Assembly (NCBI GenBank): GCA_963823685.1
Contig: CAWGMM010000001.1
Coordinates: forward strand, 60,355 to 124,354
Length of the DNA stretch: 64,000 bases
Reading direction: 5' to 3'
DNA from: an uncultured Isosphaeraceae bacterium
Lineage (GTDB): Bacteria; Planctomycetota; Planctomycetia; Isosphaerales; Isosphaeraceae
Part shown: positions 33,449 through 42,415 of the stretch, piece by piece
Layout of the letters: the number at the start of each line of letters is the position of its first letter
Numbering within the stretch: position 1 is the first letter of the stretch
The notes under the pieces: generated by a model
What the model was told of the DNA's origin: nothing
Database searches by the model: none
The model's input: only the letters and a program-made list of their open reading frames with translations
Position numbers and translations under genes: made by a program

Positions 33449-34393
33449 TCACTCCGCCAGACCACGCCTGGCCTGTTCCAGGAGTGCCTTCATGCGCTCG
33501 ACCTCTGCGGCGAGCCTGTCGGCACGCTGCCGCTCCTGCTCGGCCATTTGTCGTTCTTGCTCGGCCCGCTGCTGTTCCTTCTCGGCCCGCTGCTGTTCCT
33601 TCTCGGCCCGCTGTTGTTCCTTCTCGGCCCGCTGTTGTTCCTTCTCGGCCCGCTGCTGTTCCTTCTCGGCTCGCTGCTGTTCCTTCTCGGCCCGCTGCTG
33701 TTCCTTCTCGGCCCGCTCTCGGGGCGTCAACACCAGGGCGCCGGTGGTGTCGATGAGCCGGAGCATCACGCCCTCGCCTTTCAGCATGAAGCCCAGTTCT
33801 TCACTCGTGAGACGGTCGTCATCGTCCAGGTCAATCGGCACGTAGTGCCCGCCAACGAGACGAAAGCCGACCAGCGGTGGTCGAAGGTATTCGCCCTCCG
33901 GGTCGAACAGGAAGTATTCGCGGACGCCCAGCCGCTCGTAGAGCCGGAGTTTCTCGCTCAGGTCTTCGCGCCAGGTGCTCAACGAGGCCATCTCGAACAC
34001 AACGGCCGGAACCGCGCCATTCTCGCGCCAGGTGAAGAACGAACGGCGGTGGCCCCGGCCCACTCCCTTGACGACCATGACATCGGGCGCGACTCGCGAC
34101 CTGGGTTGGCCCTCTTCCCAGTACCAGAACATGTCGGCGGCGATGAAGTCGCTGGTGGGCAGGACATCATGCAGCACCTCGTACAGGAAGATGATCGCCA
34201 GGACGTGAAGGCCGGTTTCACCCATGGGCTGTCCATCCGATGAGGGATACTCGACCTCGTCACGGTGCGATGAGGCGATCAACTGGGTGGTGATGGACAT
34301 GAGCACTTCTCCGCGATACCCGCATCCCTCTGGACCCCGACAACCCGTGCTGACTCGCGAGACCTCGAAATCCGGCTTCAACCCGGTACTCAA
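33449..34393 (-). CDS. Uma2-family (DUF820) nuclease-like protein, paralog 2, with a different heptad-repeat tail
   Basis: Core of about 180 aa nearly identical (also at nucleotide level) to 30424-31380; tail AEKEQQR repeated 8 times. Confidence 0.8.
   Translation of the reverse strand: MSTGLKPDFEVSRVSTGCRGPEGCGYRGEVLMSITTQLIASSHRDEVEYPSSDGQPMGETGLHVLAIIFLYEVLHDVLPTSDFIAADMFWYWEEGQPRSRVAPDVMVVKGVGRGHRRSFFTWRENGAVPAVVFEMASLSTWREDLSEKLRLYERLGVREYFLFDPEGEYLRPPLVGFRLVGGHYVPIDLDDDDRLTSEELGFMLKGEGVMLRLIDTTGALVLTPRERAEKEQQRAEKEQQRAEKEQQRAEKEQQRAEKEQQRAEKEQQRAEKEQQRAEQERQMAEQERQRADRLAAEVERMKALLEQARRGLAE
33530..33725. repeat. 21-bp tandem repeat array (about 8 copies, unit cttctcggcccgctgctgttc) encoding the heptad tail of Uma2 paralog 2
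   Basis: Direct reading of the sequence. Confidence 0.85.
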
Positions 34394-34548
34394 TCACTGT
34401 ACCAGGTTCCCGGCGCAATAAAAGCCCTGATGTGGACGGATGTCTCCTCACTCCTCGAACGTATCGCTCCGGGGCGGAAACGCAAGGGGGACGCACTCCC
34501 ATGGAAGGCGTCCCCGTGACGATCGTGATCAAAGGTTTCGGTCAACGG

Positions 34549-34677
34549 TCACTTGCCGAGCATCTTGGCCCCGACCCAGATAACGATGGCCCCCAGCACT
34601 CCGCCCCCGCAGAGCAAATAGGCCGCGGAATACCGCCACGCCGCGACGGCAAGCGGTAACATCTCGTAATATTCCAT
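34549..34677 (-). CDS. putative 42-aa single-TM peptide (MEYYEMLPLAVAAWRYSAAYLLCGGGVLGAIVIWVGAKMLGK)
   Basis: ORF only; hydrophobic helix with C-terminal lysines. Confidence 0.25.
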   Translation of the reverse strand: MEYYEMLPLAVAAWRYSAAYLLCGGGVLGAIVIWVGAKMLGK

Positions 34678-34964
34678 CGATCTCCCCTTCGGTGATAGGT
34701 AGAGGGTTTGAGGCGGTGAATCGATGATCGCCTCTCTGATGGAAACGTCACGAGCAAACCACATGCCGGAATCCACTTCCGGAACCGTCACCGCCCGCGA
34801 GATCGAAGCTGTTGGCATACCAGCGTCGCCGGGTCATGGTTAACGCAGTTCGGCCTGTCGTGGCGTTACGACGTCTTCGTGGTCACGTGAGAACGACAAT
34901 GAGGAACGACAGGCTGTCCAACTTCGAAAGGGCAAACCCCTGGATTTCCAGGGGTTTTGCCGGA

Positions 34965-35007
34965 TATGCCCGGCAGGACTTGAACCTGCAACCTTTAGCT
35001 CCGGAGG
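34965..35007. repeat. 43-bp direct repeat identical to the 3' end of tRNA-Arg(CCG) at 42307-42349 (att site, distal end of the integrated element)
   Basis: atgcccggcaggacttgaacctgcaacctttagctccggaggc is present identically at both positions. Confidence 0.85.
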
Positions 35008-35208
35008 CAAAAAGCCTACCGACGTAAGTGATGCCATCAAAGAACTTACGTCGAGTGATCCCGGCCGTTGCACTGTACGTTGCTCCAACATTGGTGAAAC
35101 CGACCCGCTGGCCGCGTTCGTCGCCGGCCTGACCGATGCCGACCGGCAACGGCTCGCCTCCCTCTTGCTCGACAAGGCCGAAGGGTCCGACCGAGGGGGG
35201 CTTGACCA

Positions 35209-35391
35209 ATGACCGAAACCGTCGTGACCTGCGATCGGTGCGGAACCCGGATCGATACCGATCGATCGAACCTGGCGAGTGTGTGCGGGCCGATTCGAGC
35301 GCGGCGGGCGGAGATCGATCTTTGTATGGCGTGCGTGGATGCATTCGAGACGTGGCTTCAACGCGGGATCGGGCGGGAGGAACGAGCATGA
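35209..35391 (+). CDS. small zinc-ribbon-like protein (CxxC...CxxC)
   Basis: VTCDRCGTRIDTD...LCMACVDAF four-Cys arrangement; ORF only. Confidence 0.3.
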   Translation: MTETVVTCDRCGTRIDTDRSNLASVCGPIRARRAEIDLCMACVDAFETWLQRGIGREERA

Positions 35392-36026
35392 GCGACCACA
35401 CCAACGGGACCGGGACCGAGAAGCGGAACAAACGAGGGCGACCGACGGTGCTGACCGAGGCCGTCCAGGCGACGATCCTCGCGAACCTGCGAGCGGGGAA
35501 CTATCTGGCGACGTCATGCCGCGCGGCGGGGATCTCGCCGCGAACCCTGGAAACCTGGCGACAACGGCATCGCGAGGGCGATCCGCGAGCGGATCGGCTG
35601 ACCGATTTCGTTCGGTGCGTCAAAAAGGCGATCTCCGAGGGCGAAACGGACTTGCTGGGGAAGGTTCGCGCCGGCGGACCGGGTTGGCAAAGCGCCGCGT
35701 GGATCTTGGAGCGAAGGTGGCGGGATCGATGGGGACGGAACCCCAACGTGGTTGTGAGCAGCGCGACGACCGGATACCGGACCGGAAGAACCCTTGGAAC
35801 CGGATTTCTCCGGTTTCGACGTCGGCGAGCTGGAAGCGTACCGCGATATGACGCGGCGAGCGTATGGCTCGTCCGGGTCCGCTCAACCCGCAAAAGCGCG
35901 GTAGAGTACACGCATCGGGACGGTCGCACTCCGGCCAGAGTTCGACCAAGCGGACCCGGTCGGCGCGCGGACCCCCTGCCCGCCACCGACTGGGTCCGAC
36001 CCGTATTGCAGGGGGACTCTCCATGA
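35388..36026 (+). CDS. phage terminase small subunit-like HTH protein
   Basis: KRGRPTVLTEAVQATILANLRAGNYLATSCRAAGISPRTLETWRQRH...AWILERRWRDRWGRN resembles the TerS N-terminal HTH family; ATGA overlap with the next ORF. Confidence 0.45.
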   Translation: MSDHTNGTGTEKRNKRGRPTVLTEAVQATILANLRAGNYLATSCRAAGISPRTLETWRQRHREGDPRADRLTDFVRCVKKAISEGETDLLGKVRAGGPGWQSAAWILERRWRDRWGRNPNVVVSSATTGYRTGRTLGTGFLRFRRRRAGSVPRYDAASVWLVRVRSTRKSAVEYTHRDGRTPARVRPSGPGRRADPLPATDWVRPVLQGDSP

Positions 36027-36673
36027 CGTCATCGCGAGACGCGCTCCGGGTATCGGAGCGGTTGCTCCAGTTAATTCATTCGGGATCGCTACCATCCCTA
36101 GGTCGGCTGACCTGGGATCGGACCGCGCCGCAACCACACATCATCAACTGGCTGCGGACGACGCTGGCGGCTCTCAACGAGTGGGTGAGCGGTCCGGTCG
36201 CGACCGATGACGATCCGCGAATCCGCGCCGCGCGGGAGCTGGTCCGATCCCTGCACGATCGTCTGTGTCCGCGACTTGACAATATCGCGAGCGGACGGGA
36301 TGGGATCACACTTGATGATGCGTCGAAACTCGTGGACGCGATCGTGATATTGCAAGACGCCGCACTGGATGATGCCGACGAACCCGAACCCGCGTGCTCT
36401 GAACCGGAGGGCTCGGGCGCGTCGGCGCGCCGTGCTGGCGACGATCTGACCGAGACAGAGGACAACATCCTCAAGGCATGCGGTGAGCTTGGAGCGTACG
36501 ACCTGCGATCGGCGCGGACCAAGGACGAGATTGCGCGGCGGGCCGGGTATACCTCAAGTGCCGCCCGGAACGTTCGGTCCGCGTTCGAATCGCTGAAAGC
36601 ACGCGGCATTACAACCGCCAAACGCAAGTCCGGGACCTGGCTCACACACGCCGGGCGCGAATTCGTGTCATAA
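36023..36673 (+). CDS. hypothetical protein with C-terminal winged-helix DNA-binding domain
   Basis: C-terminal ILKACGELGAYDLRSARTKDEIARRAGYTSSAARNVRSAFESLKARGI wH-like segment. Confidence 0.4.
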   Translation: MTSSRDALRVSERLLQLIHSGSLPSLGRLTWDRTAPQPHIINWLRTTLAALNEWVSGPVATDDDPRIRAARELVRSLHDRLCPRLDNIASGRDGITLDDASKLVDAIVILQDAALDDADEPEPACSEPEGSGASARRAGDDLTETEDNILKACGELGAYDLRSARTKDEIARRAGYTSSAARNVRSAFESLKARGITTAKRKSGTWLTHAGREFVS

Positions 36674-36785
36674 ATGTCAGCCGGCCTGACACGAATGGGG
36701 TCATTTTTGACACGAATCCACACGGCTATACTTCTCACGTCGGCCACGCACTGTGCAGGTCGAGACTCGACATCAGGAGTCCGCC

Positions 36786-37010
36786 ATGTCCGCATCCGCA
36801 TCCGCAACGATCGAGAGTCCGGTTGAGCTGATCGACGTCCGCGAAGTCGCGCGGATGCTGAGCATCAGCGAACGACATATCTGGCGATCCGAGGACCGGG
36901 GGCTGATGCCGCGCGGCGTGCGAATCGGCGCGTCCGTCCGCTGGTCGCGCTCCGCGCTCGAAAAGTGGATCAACGACGGTTGCCCGCCGGTCCGCAAACC
37001 CGCGCGATGA
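36786..37010 (+). CDS. AlpA-family phage transcriptional regulator / excisionase-like HTH protein
   Basis: LIDVREVARMLSISERHIWRSEDRGLMPRGVRIGASVRWSRSALEKWI matches the AlpA/Xis HTH pattern. Confidence 0.65.
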   Translation: MSASASATIESPVELIDVREVARMLSISERHIWRSEDRGLMPRGVRIGASVRWSRSALEKWINDGCPPVRKPAR

Positions 37011-37143
37011 CGCGCCGCCGGTCGAACCCCGTGGTCTGACCCCCCCGAAGGGTTTGACCCGTCAACCTATTCCGACATCGGTGAATCAACAAACGAAAAT
37101 GCCCGCCAGGTGCCGCGAAGTCCTGGCGGGCGGAGGCGTCGCT

Positions 37144-37626
37144 ATGCGCAAACGTCTGTCTGATATCGTACCATCGACCGAGGCGGAGTCAATCCGCCGG
37201 ACCTGGGACTCGACCGAGGCCGCGCCCGAAATGGGTCCGCTGCCGGCCGGAGAGTACCGTTGCATCGTCGAGTCCATCGACGTGCATGTGGCGAAATCGG
37301 GAACACCCGGCGTCAAAGTCGCGATGCGCGTTCACGATCCGGCTGCGTTCAAAGGTCGCAAGCTATGGGCCGATCACTGGCTCACTCCGGCCGCGCTCCC
37401 GATCACCAAGCGCGAGATCAAGCATCTCGGAATCGAGACGCTCGACGATCTGGAGAGACCTCTGCCGACCGATCGGCACATCATCATGAAGTGCTGCGTC
37501 ATTGTCCGAAAGGACGACGATGGGACCGAGCGGAACCGAGTCCGAAGCTGGGAGTTCGACGGCATCGCCACGCCGCAAGACGTCGAGCCGTTCGCGCCTC
37601 CCGCCGATGGGGAGGTCCCGTACTGA
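37144..37626 (+). CDS. hypothetical protein (element-borne)
   Basis: ORF only. Confidence 0.3.
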   Translation: MRKRLSDIVPSTEAESIRRTWDSTEAAPEMGPLPAGEYRCIVESIDVHVAKSGTPGVKVAMRVHDPAAFKGRKLWADHWLTPAALPITKREIKHLGIETLDDLERPLPTDRHIIMKCCVIVRKDDDGTERNRVRSWEFDGIATPQDVEPFAPPADGEVPY

Positions 37627-39559
37627 CATGGGCTCGACCCCCTGCCCGTTCGGGTTCCGAATCCAGGGTCCGACGCACGGGACACGGCATCTCATCGATT
37701 GGGATGCCGCGTTCCGGGCCTATGCCAGTCTCGACCCCCGGATCGACCCGAGCCAAGAGGCATATCTATCTGCGTTCACGTTCCCGGTCGAGTTTCAGGG
37801 ACCATCTTCGCTCGACCGGCTCGACGCGCGGCTACGCTGGCCGTTGCGGGGCTCGCTGGCTGTGGTGGGACATCGACCGGGAAGACAATCCGGGGCACGC
37901 CCTGGCGGACGCCAAGCGGCTTGTTGGCTCGTTGCTCGCCCGGTTCAAGTCGCTCGACGATGCCGACGTTCTGGCGTTCTTCTCCGGGAGCAAGGGATTC
38001 CATGTCGGCAAACCGATGTTCTGGGAACCCGAGCCGACCGCGACGTTTCACAAGGCGGCTCGACGGCTCGCCGAGCGGTTCGCGGCCGATGGTCGCGATC
38101 ACCATCGACGCGGGGTCTATGACAGCGTGCGCGCGTTTCGCGCTGCCCAACTCGCGTCATCCGAAGACCGGTCTGTTCAAGCGCCGGATTGACCATGACG
38201 CGCTCATGAGTTTGTCGATCGACGGCATCCGCCGGCTCGCCGAGCAACCCGCCGAGTTCGACCTGCCGGACCCGCGTCCGTCCGCCGCCGACGTCGCCAC
38301 CATGCGGAGCCTTTGGTCCGAAGCCAACGCCCATGACGCCAAACACAGCCGAAGGGTCCGACGCCAGGGGGCTCGACAACGGGCCGGCTCAACCGTCAGA
38401 CGTTCGATTTCATCCAGCGACGGGGCGGGGCCTGGCGACCGTCATCGGTTGCTGTTCTCCGCCGCCGCGAACCTGGCGGAGTTCGGTTGCTCGCCCGAAC
38501 TTGGCTTATGCGTTGCTCGCCGAGTCCGCGCTCGATTCGGGCCTGAGTCCGTTCGAGGTCCGCCGTCAGATTGGGTGCGGGCTTGCTCATATAAAAGGAC
38601 AACCGACATGAAGGGACCGGGGTTCGTCAGCGCGGCCGACGCTATTGGCTCATGGCGGGATCGACGTGCTCTCCGGTCGCAAGCCGACGCTCTGGACGGT
38701 CGGCATCGGGGGGCCTGGCGTCGGTGGAGATCGGGCCGGGGTTCATCGTGCTCATCGGTGCGCCGCCAGGGGCGGGTAAGACCGCGCTGGTCTGTCAGAT
38801 GACGCTCGACGCCTTGCGGACCGAGCCGTCGCTCAGGTGCTCGATCGCCAACGTTGAGGTCTCGCCCGCCGTCTTGCTCGACCGCCAGCTTGCCCGGCTT
38901 GGCGGGATCAACCTGGCAGAGATCCGGCATCGCCGGCTTGGTGCCGAGCATGCCGACCGGCTGGACTCGGGGGTTGGCCGCGATCGAGGGAATCGCCGAC
39001 CGACTCGCGTTCCTGGAATCGCCGTTCGACCTGCGCGAACGTGGCCGCATCGGCGGATACGTTCGGGGCGGACCTGATCGTCATCGACTACGTCCAACGC
39101 TTCGGCTCGCCCGGTTCGCAAGGGGACGGCCGGGTATCGATGAACGCGCTCATGGGGTTCCTGCGCGAGTTCGCCGACGCGGGCTGCGGGCTCATCGTGG
39201 TCTCGTCGGTCGCGCGGCAAAAGGACTCCAAGGGTGGTTCGTCATACGAAGATCTCAACATCGCGTCATTCCGGGAGTCGAGCGAACTGGAGTTCGGGGC
39301 GGACTCGGCTTTCATGCTGGTTGCCGACCCGGACGACGCCTCAAGCGTGACTCTCCGATGCTTGAAGAATCGCCACGGCGAGCCGGTTGACGTCGCCCTG
39401 CGATTCGACGGGGCTCGCCAGTCATTCACGCCTCGCGAGGCGGACGGGCCGAAGGGCAAGCCGTCGAGCAACGAGCAAGCCCTGCGCGACCTGGCGGAAC
39501 TATGGGGACGGACCCCGCCGGCCGATGACGACGCGGGGGACGATGCCGATGGGTACTGA
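37624..39559 (+). pseudogene. primase-helicase: AEP-type primase (Prim-Pol) + PriCT-like + DnaB-like P-loop helicase, split over at least 4 frames
   Basis: AEP motifs (AYLSAFTFPVEF; WDIDREDN; SGSKGFHV; NSRHPKTG), PriCT-like RHRLLFSAAANLAEFG, Walker A GAPPGAGKT, Walker B DLIVIDYVQ, arginine finger KNRHGE, distributed over overlapping ORFs in different frames. Confidence 0.6.
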
Positions 39560-40013
39560 CGCGCTGGCGGAACACGCTCGACGGCTGGCGGAGCTGGATG
39601 CGAGGGAAGCCGCCGCGCGTCGAGCCAGGGGCGAGCCGGACCCGCCGCCGCCCGAACCCAAGCCGCGCCCGGATCGACCCGCCGATCGGACCCGCCAGGG
39701 ACGGGGCCAGCCGAAGGGTCGGACGCGCGGACGCGAGTTCGCTCGACGCCAGGCGATCCGCAATGCGTTCGCGGACTGCCTTGCCGGGCTCGACCGGGGG
39801 GAGATCGCCGTGTGGGTCCTGCTCGACCGGGACACCAAGCCGGACGGAGCCGCGACGTGCCGCTCAATCCGACCTGGCGCGTCGGGCCGGGATCAACCCC
39901 CGGACGGTCCGCCGCGCTCTCGATTCGCTCGTTGCCGGGGACTGGTCAAGATCGTCCGCCAGGGGGGTTTCAACCGTGGCATGTCCACTTATCGAATTTG
40001 CAAACCTTCATGA
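39549..40013 (+). CDS. winged-helix/HTH protein (frameshifted, two frames)
   Basis: LARRAGINPRTVRRALDSLVAG in one frame and GLVKIVRQGGFNRGMSTYRI in another. Confidence 0.35.
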   Translation: MGTDALAEHARRLAELDAREAAARRARGEPDPPPPEPKPRPDRPADRTRQGRGQPKGRTRGREFARRQAIRNAFADCLAGLDRGEIAVWVLLDRDTKPDGAATCRSIRPGASGRDQPPDGPPRSRFARCRGLVKIVRQGGFNRGMSTYRICKPS

Positions 40014-40015
40014 AT

Positions 40016-40094
40016 CCCACAGAGGGCATGGGTGTCCGGTTGACCCCCTCCCACAGAGGGCATGGGTGTCCGTCACAGAGGGCATGGGTGCCCT
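40016..40094. repeat. three direct repeats of cacagagggcatgggtg(t/c)cc: iteron-like, candidate replication origin or recombinase arm sites
   Basis: Sequence at 40016-40037, 40051-40073 and 40075-40094, immediately downstream of the primase-helicase region. Confidence 0.6.
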
Positions 40095-40206
40095 ATATCC
40101 CAGTGTCTTACCCCTACGGGGTGAAGACACACGCACTGAGGTACTGACGTGCTGACGCACACGTACCCCAGTGCGGTTCGTAGGTCATCAGATCGGTAGG
40201 TAGTCG

Positions 40207-40602
40207 ATGCGCATGCCGTTCGGACAACATCGTGGTTGCATGCTTGCAGACGTTCCTGATCGCTACCTTTGGTGGGCGATCCGGGAAGCCGGCGCGACGG
40301 TCGATCGGTATCCCGGCTTGCGGCGTGCGATCGATATCCGCCTGGGAGTCCCGTACGCGAGCCCAACGGCCGGACCGTCCAAACCCCCGCCGACCGGCTC
40401 AACGTCGCGCCACGCGGACGCCAGGGCACTTGTCGAGTGCGTTCGCGGCGTGCTCAAGATCGCGTACCGCGAAGAGTCGATGCGATGCCATCCCGATCGG
40501 GGTGGATCGACCGACCGAATGATCGGGATCAATGAACTCAACGACCGGCTCAACGCGCTACTCGACCGGCAACTATCCGAATTTCTCAAGCAACGGTCTT
40601 GA
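40207..40602 (+). CDS. small protein with DUF3820/QSregVF_b-like N-terminus and C-terminal J-domain (HPD motif)
   Basis: MPFGQHRGCMLADVPDRYLWWAI; ...YREESMRCHPDRGGSTDRMIGINELNDRLN. Confidence 0.45.
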   Translation: MRMPFGQHRGCMLADVPDRYLWWAIREAGATVDRYPGLRRAIDIRLGVPYASPTAGPSKPPPTGSTSRHADARALVECVRGVLKIAYREESMRCHPDRGGSTDRMIGINELNDRLNALLDRQLSEFLKQRS

Positions 40603-40675
40603 ATGTCGCGGGTAAAGTGTGTAGACTGAATCGCGCCTTGATGAAATGGTGTAGGCTCGACGGGAGAATGGATCG

Positions 40676-42352
40676 ATGGGCAACGTTTACCGGAAGCAAG
40701 TGACCCGCCCGTTGCCGCCAGGGGCGGAGATCATCGAACGCAAGGGCGAACGGCTCGCCCGCTGGCGGGATGCCAGGGGCAAGATCCGAACCGCCCCCCT
40801 GACCGAATCCGGGGACCGCATCCGGGAAACGTCCCGGACGTTCCATGCCCGCTACCGGACCGGAGAGGGAACCATCGCCGACGTTCCGACCGGCTGCCGA
40901 GATGAGCAAGCCGCGCGGGCCGTTCTCGCCGACCTGGAGAAGCGGGCCGAAATGGTCAAGGCCGGAATCCTCAAGACCGCCGAGTTGCAAACCGCCGATC
41001 ATGCCCGGACGCCGATCGCCGAGCATTTCGATGCCTACCTGAACCATCATGACGCGGCCGGATCGGTCGCGTTGCATCGCCACAACGTTCGGACCTACCT
41101 GGATCGGATCGCCGCTGACTGCGGATTCCGCCGGCTCGCCGACCTGGATCGGTCCGCGTTCGAGAGCTGGCTGTCCCGCGAGACCAAACGCGGCCGGTCG
41201 GCCCGGTCCCGGAACACGCACCGGGCAACGCTCATCGCGTTCTGTCACTGGTGTTCCAGGCCGGAGGTTGCCCGGTTGGCGTCCAACCCGTTCAAGGGAA
41301 TCCCGAAAGCGGATGAGAAAGCGGACCCCCGCCGCAAGCGCCGGGCCATGACCGAGAGCGAGTTGACCCGGTTGCTCGACGTCGCCCGGACCCGCCCGCT
41401 GACCGAGGCCCTGACCGTCAGGAGAGGCAAGGCGAAGGGTTCGACCCATGCCAAGGTCCGCCCGGAGGTCCGCGAACGGCTCGACGCTCTCGGCCGGGAA
41501 CGCGCGTTGATCTACAAGACGCTCATCCTGACCGGACTTCGCAAGGGCGAGTTGACGAGTCTGACGATTGGTCAAGCCTGTCTCGACGGACCCCGCCCGT
41601 ACCTGGACCTGAGTGCGGCGGACGAGAAGAACCGGGAAGGGGCCTGGCTGCCCCTGCGGGCCGACCTGGCGGACGACTTGCGGCAATGGCTTGCCGACCG
41701 GCTGACATCGCTCCAAGACGACGCCAGGGGCCAAGGCGAGCCGATCCCGGTCCGATTGCCCGCCGACATGCCGTTGTTCAACGTTCCGGCCGGTCTGATC
41801 CGCATTTTCGACCGGGACTTGAAAGCCGCTGGGATCGCCAAGCGCGACGACCGAGGCCGGACGCTTGACGTCCATGCCCTGCGGACGTCGTTCGGCACGC
41901 TCTTGAGCGCGGGCGGGGTTCCATTGCGGACGGCTCAAGCCGCGATGCGGCATTCCGACCCCAGCTTGACCGCGAACGTGTATACCGACCCCCGGTTGCT
42001 CGACGTGGCCGGAGCGCTCGACGCCCTGCCGGCGCTTCGGCTCGACCGTCCCGACGTCGATAGCATGCGTGCGACCGGGACGGTCGGCGGGTCGAACCCT
42101 TCGGCTCGTTTGTGCCAGGGGCCTGTCACGTCCGTTGCACTAAATGTTGCTGCGAATCCGTGCAACGAGAGACAAGGAAGTTCAATTGGTGGCAAAATGA
42201 ACAGGACCGACCTGGAATTGGCCGGTCCTGATCGGTTCGCCGTAACTTCCATCTCTGACAGGGGAAATCATCTCGTGTCATTGCCTGACACTGGCTTCCC
42301 CTCAGTATGCCCGGCAGGACTTGAACCTGCAACCTTTAGCTCCGGAGGCTAA
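40676..42352 (+). CDS. int: tyrosine-type site-specific integrase; ORF runs into the tRNA-Arg gene
   Basis: Catalytic region LDVHALRTSFGTLL...RTAQAAMRHSD...ANVYTD (R..H..R..Y arrangement); N-terminal SAM-like/arm-binding domains. Confidence 0.85.
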   Translation: MGNVYRKQVTRPLPPGAEIIERKGERLARWRDARGKIRTAPLTESGDRIRETSRTFHARYRTGEGTIADVPTGCRDEQAARAVLADLEKRAEMVKAGILKTAELQTADHARTPIAEHFDAYLNHHDAAGSVALHRHNVRTYLDRIAADCGFRRLADLDRSAFESWLSRETKRGRSARSRNTHRATLIAFCHWCSRPEVARLASNPFKGIPKADEKADPRRKRRAMTESELTRLLDVARTRPLTEALTVRRGKAKGSTHAKVRPEVRERLDALGRERALIYKTLILTGLRKGELTSLTIGQACLDGPRPYLDLSAADEKNREGAWLPLRADLADDLRQWLADRLTSLQDDARGQGEPIPVRLPADMPLFNVPAGLIRIFDRDLKAAGIAKRDDRGRTLDVHALRTSFGTLLSAGGVPLRTAQAAMRHSDPSLTANVYTDPRLLDVAGALDALPALRLDRPDVDSMRATGTVGGSNPSARLCQGPVTSVALNVAANPCNERQGSSIGGKMNRTDLELAGPDRFAVTSISDRGNHLVSLPDTGFPSVCPAGLEPATFSSGG

Positions 42353-42379
42353 CGCTCTATCCAATTGAGCTACGGGCAC
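42306..42379 (-). tRNA. tRNA-Arg (anticodon CCG)
   Basis: Acceptor GTGCCCG/CGGGCAT (G1-U72 wobble), D-arm GCTC-AATTGGATA-GAGC, anticodon arm TTAGC-CTCCGGA-GCTAA, T-arm GCAGG-TTCAAGT-CCTGC. Confidence 0.8.
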
Positions 42380-42415
42380 GACTGGACCCTATTTCAGCCC
42401 CGGGGTGGCCGTTTG

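Larger units (their letters stand above)
34965..42349. mobile_element. about 7.3 kb integrative element at tRNA-Arg(CCG), satellite/PICI-like gene set (int, alpA, terS-like, primase-helicase, iterons), all genes co-directional
   Basis: Bounded by a perfect 43-bp direct repeat of the tRNA 3' end; tyrosine integrase adjacent to the intact tRNA; no capsid or tail genes. Confidence 0.75.

Noticed and set aside
30511-33725. Regularly spaced 21-bp direct repeats that could be taken for CRISPR arrays
   Set aside because: Repeats are contiguous with no spacers, are in-frame heptad coding repeats inside the Uma2 genes, and no cas genes are nearby.
40010-40100. The iteron region as a possible CRISPR fragment
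   Set aside because: Only three imperfect 17-22 bp repeats with irregular 13-bp and 1-bp gaps; the context (after a rep gene, inside an integrative element) fits an origin far better.
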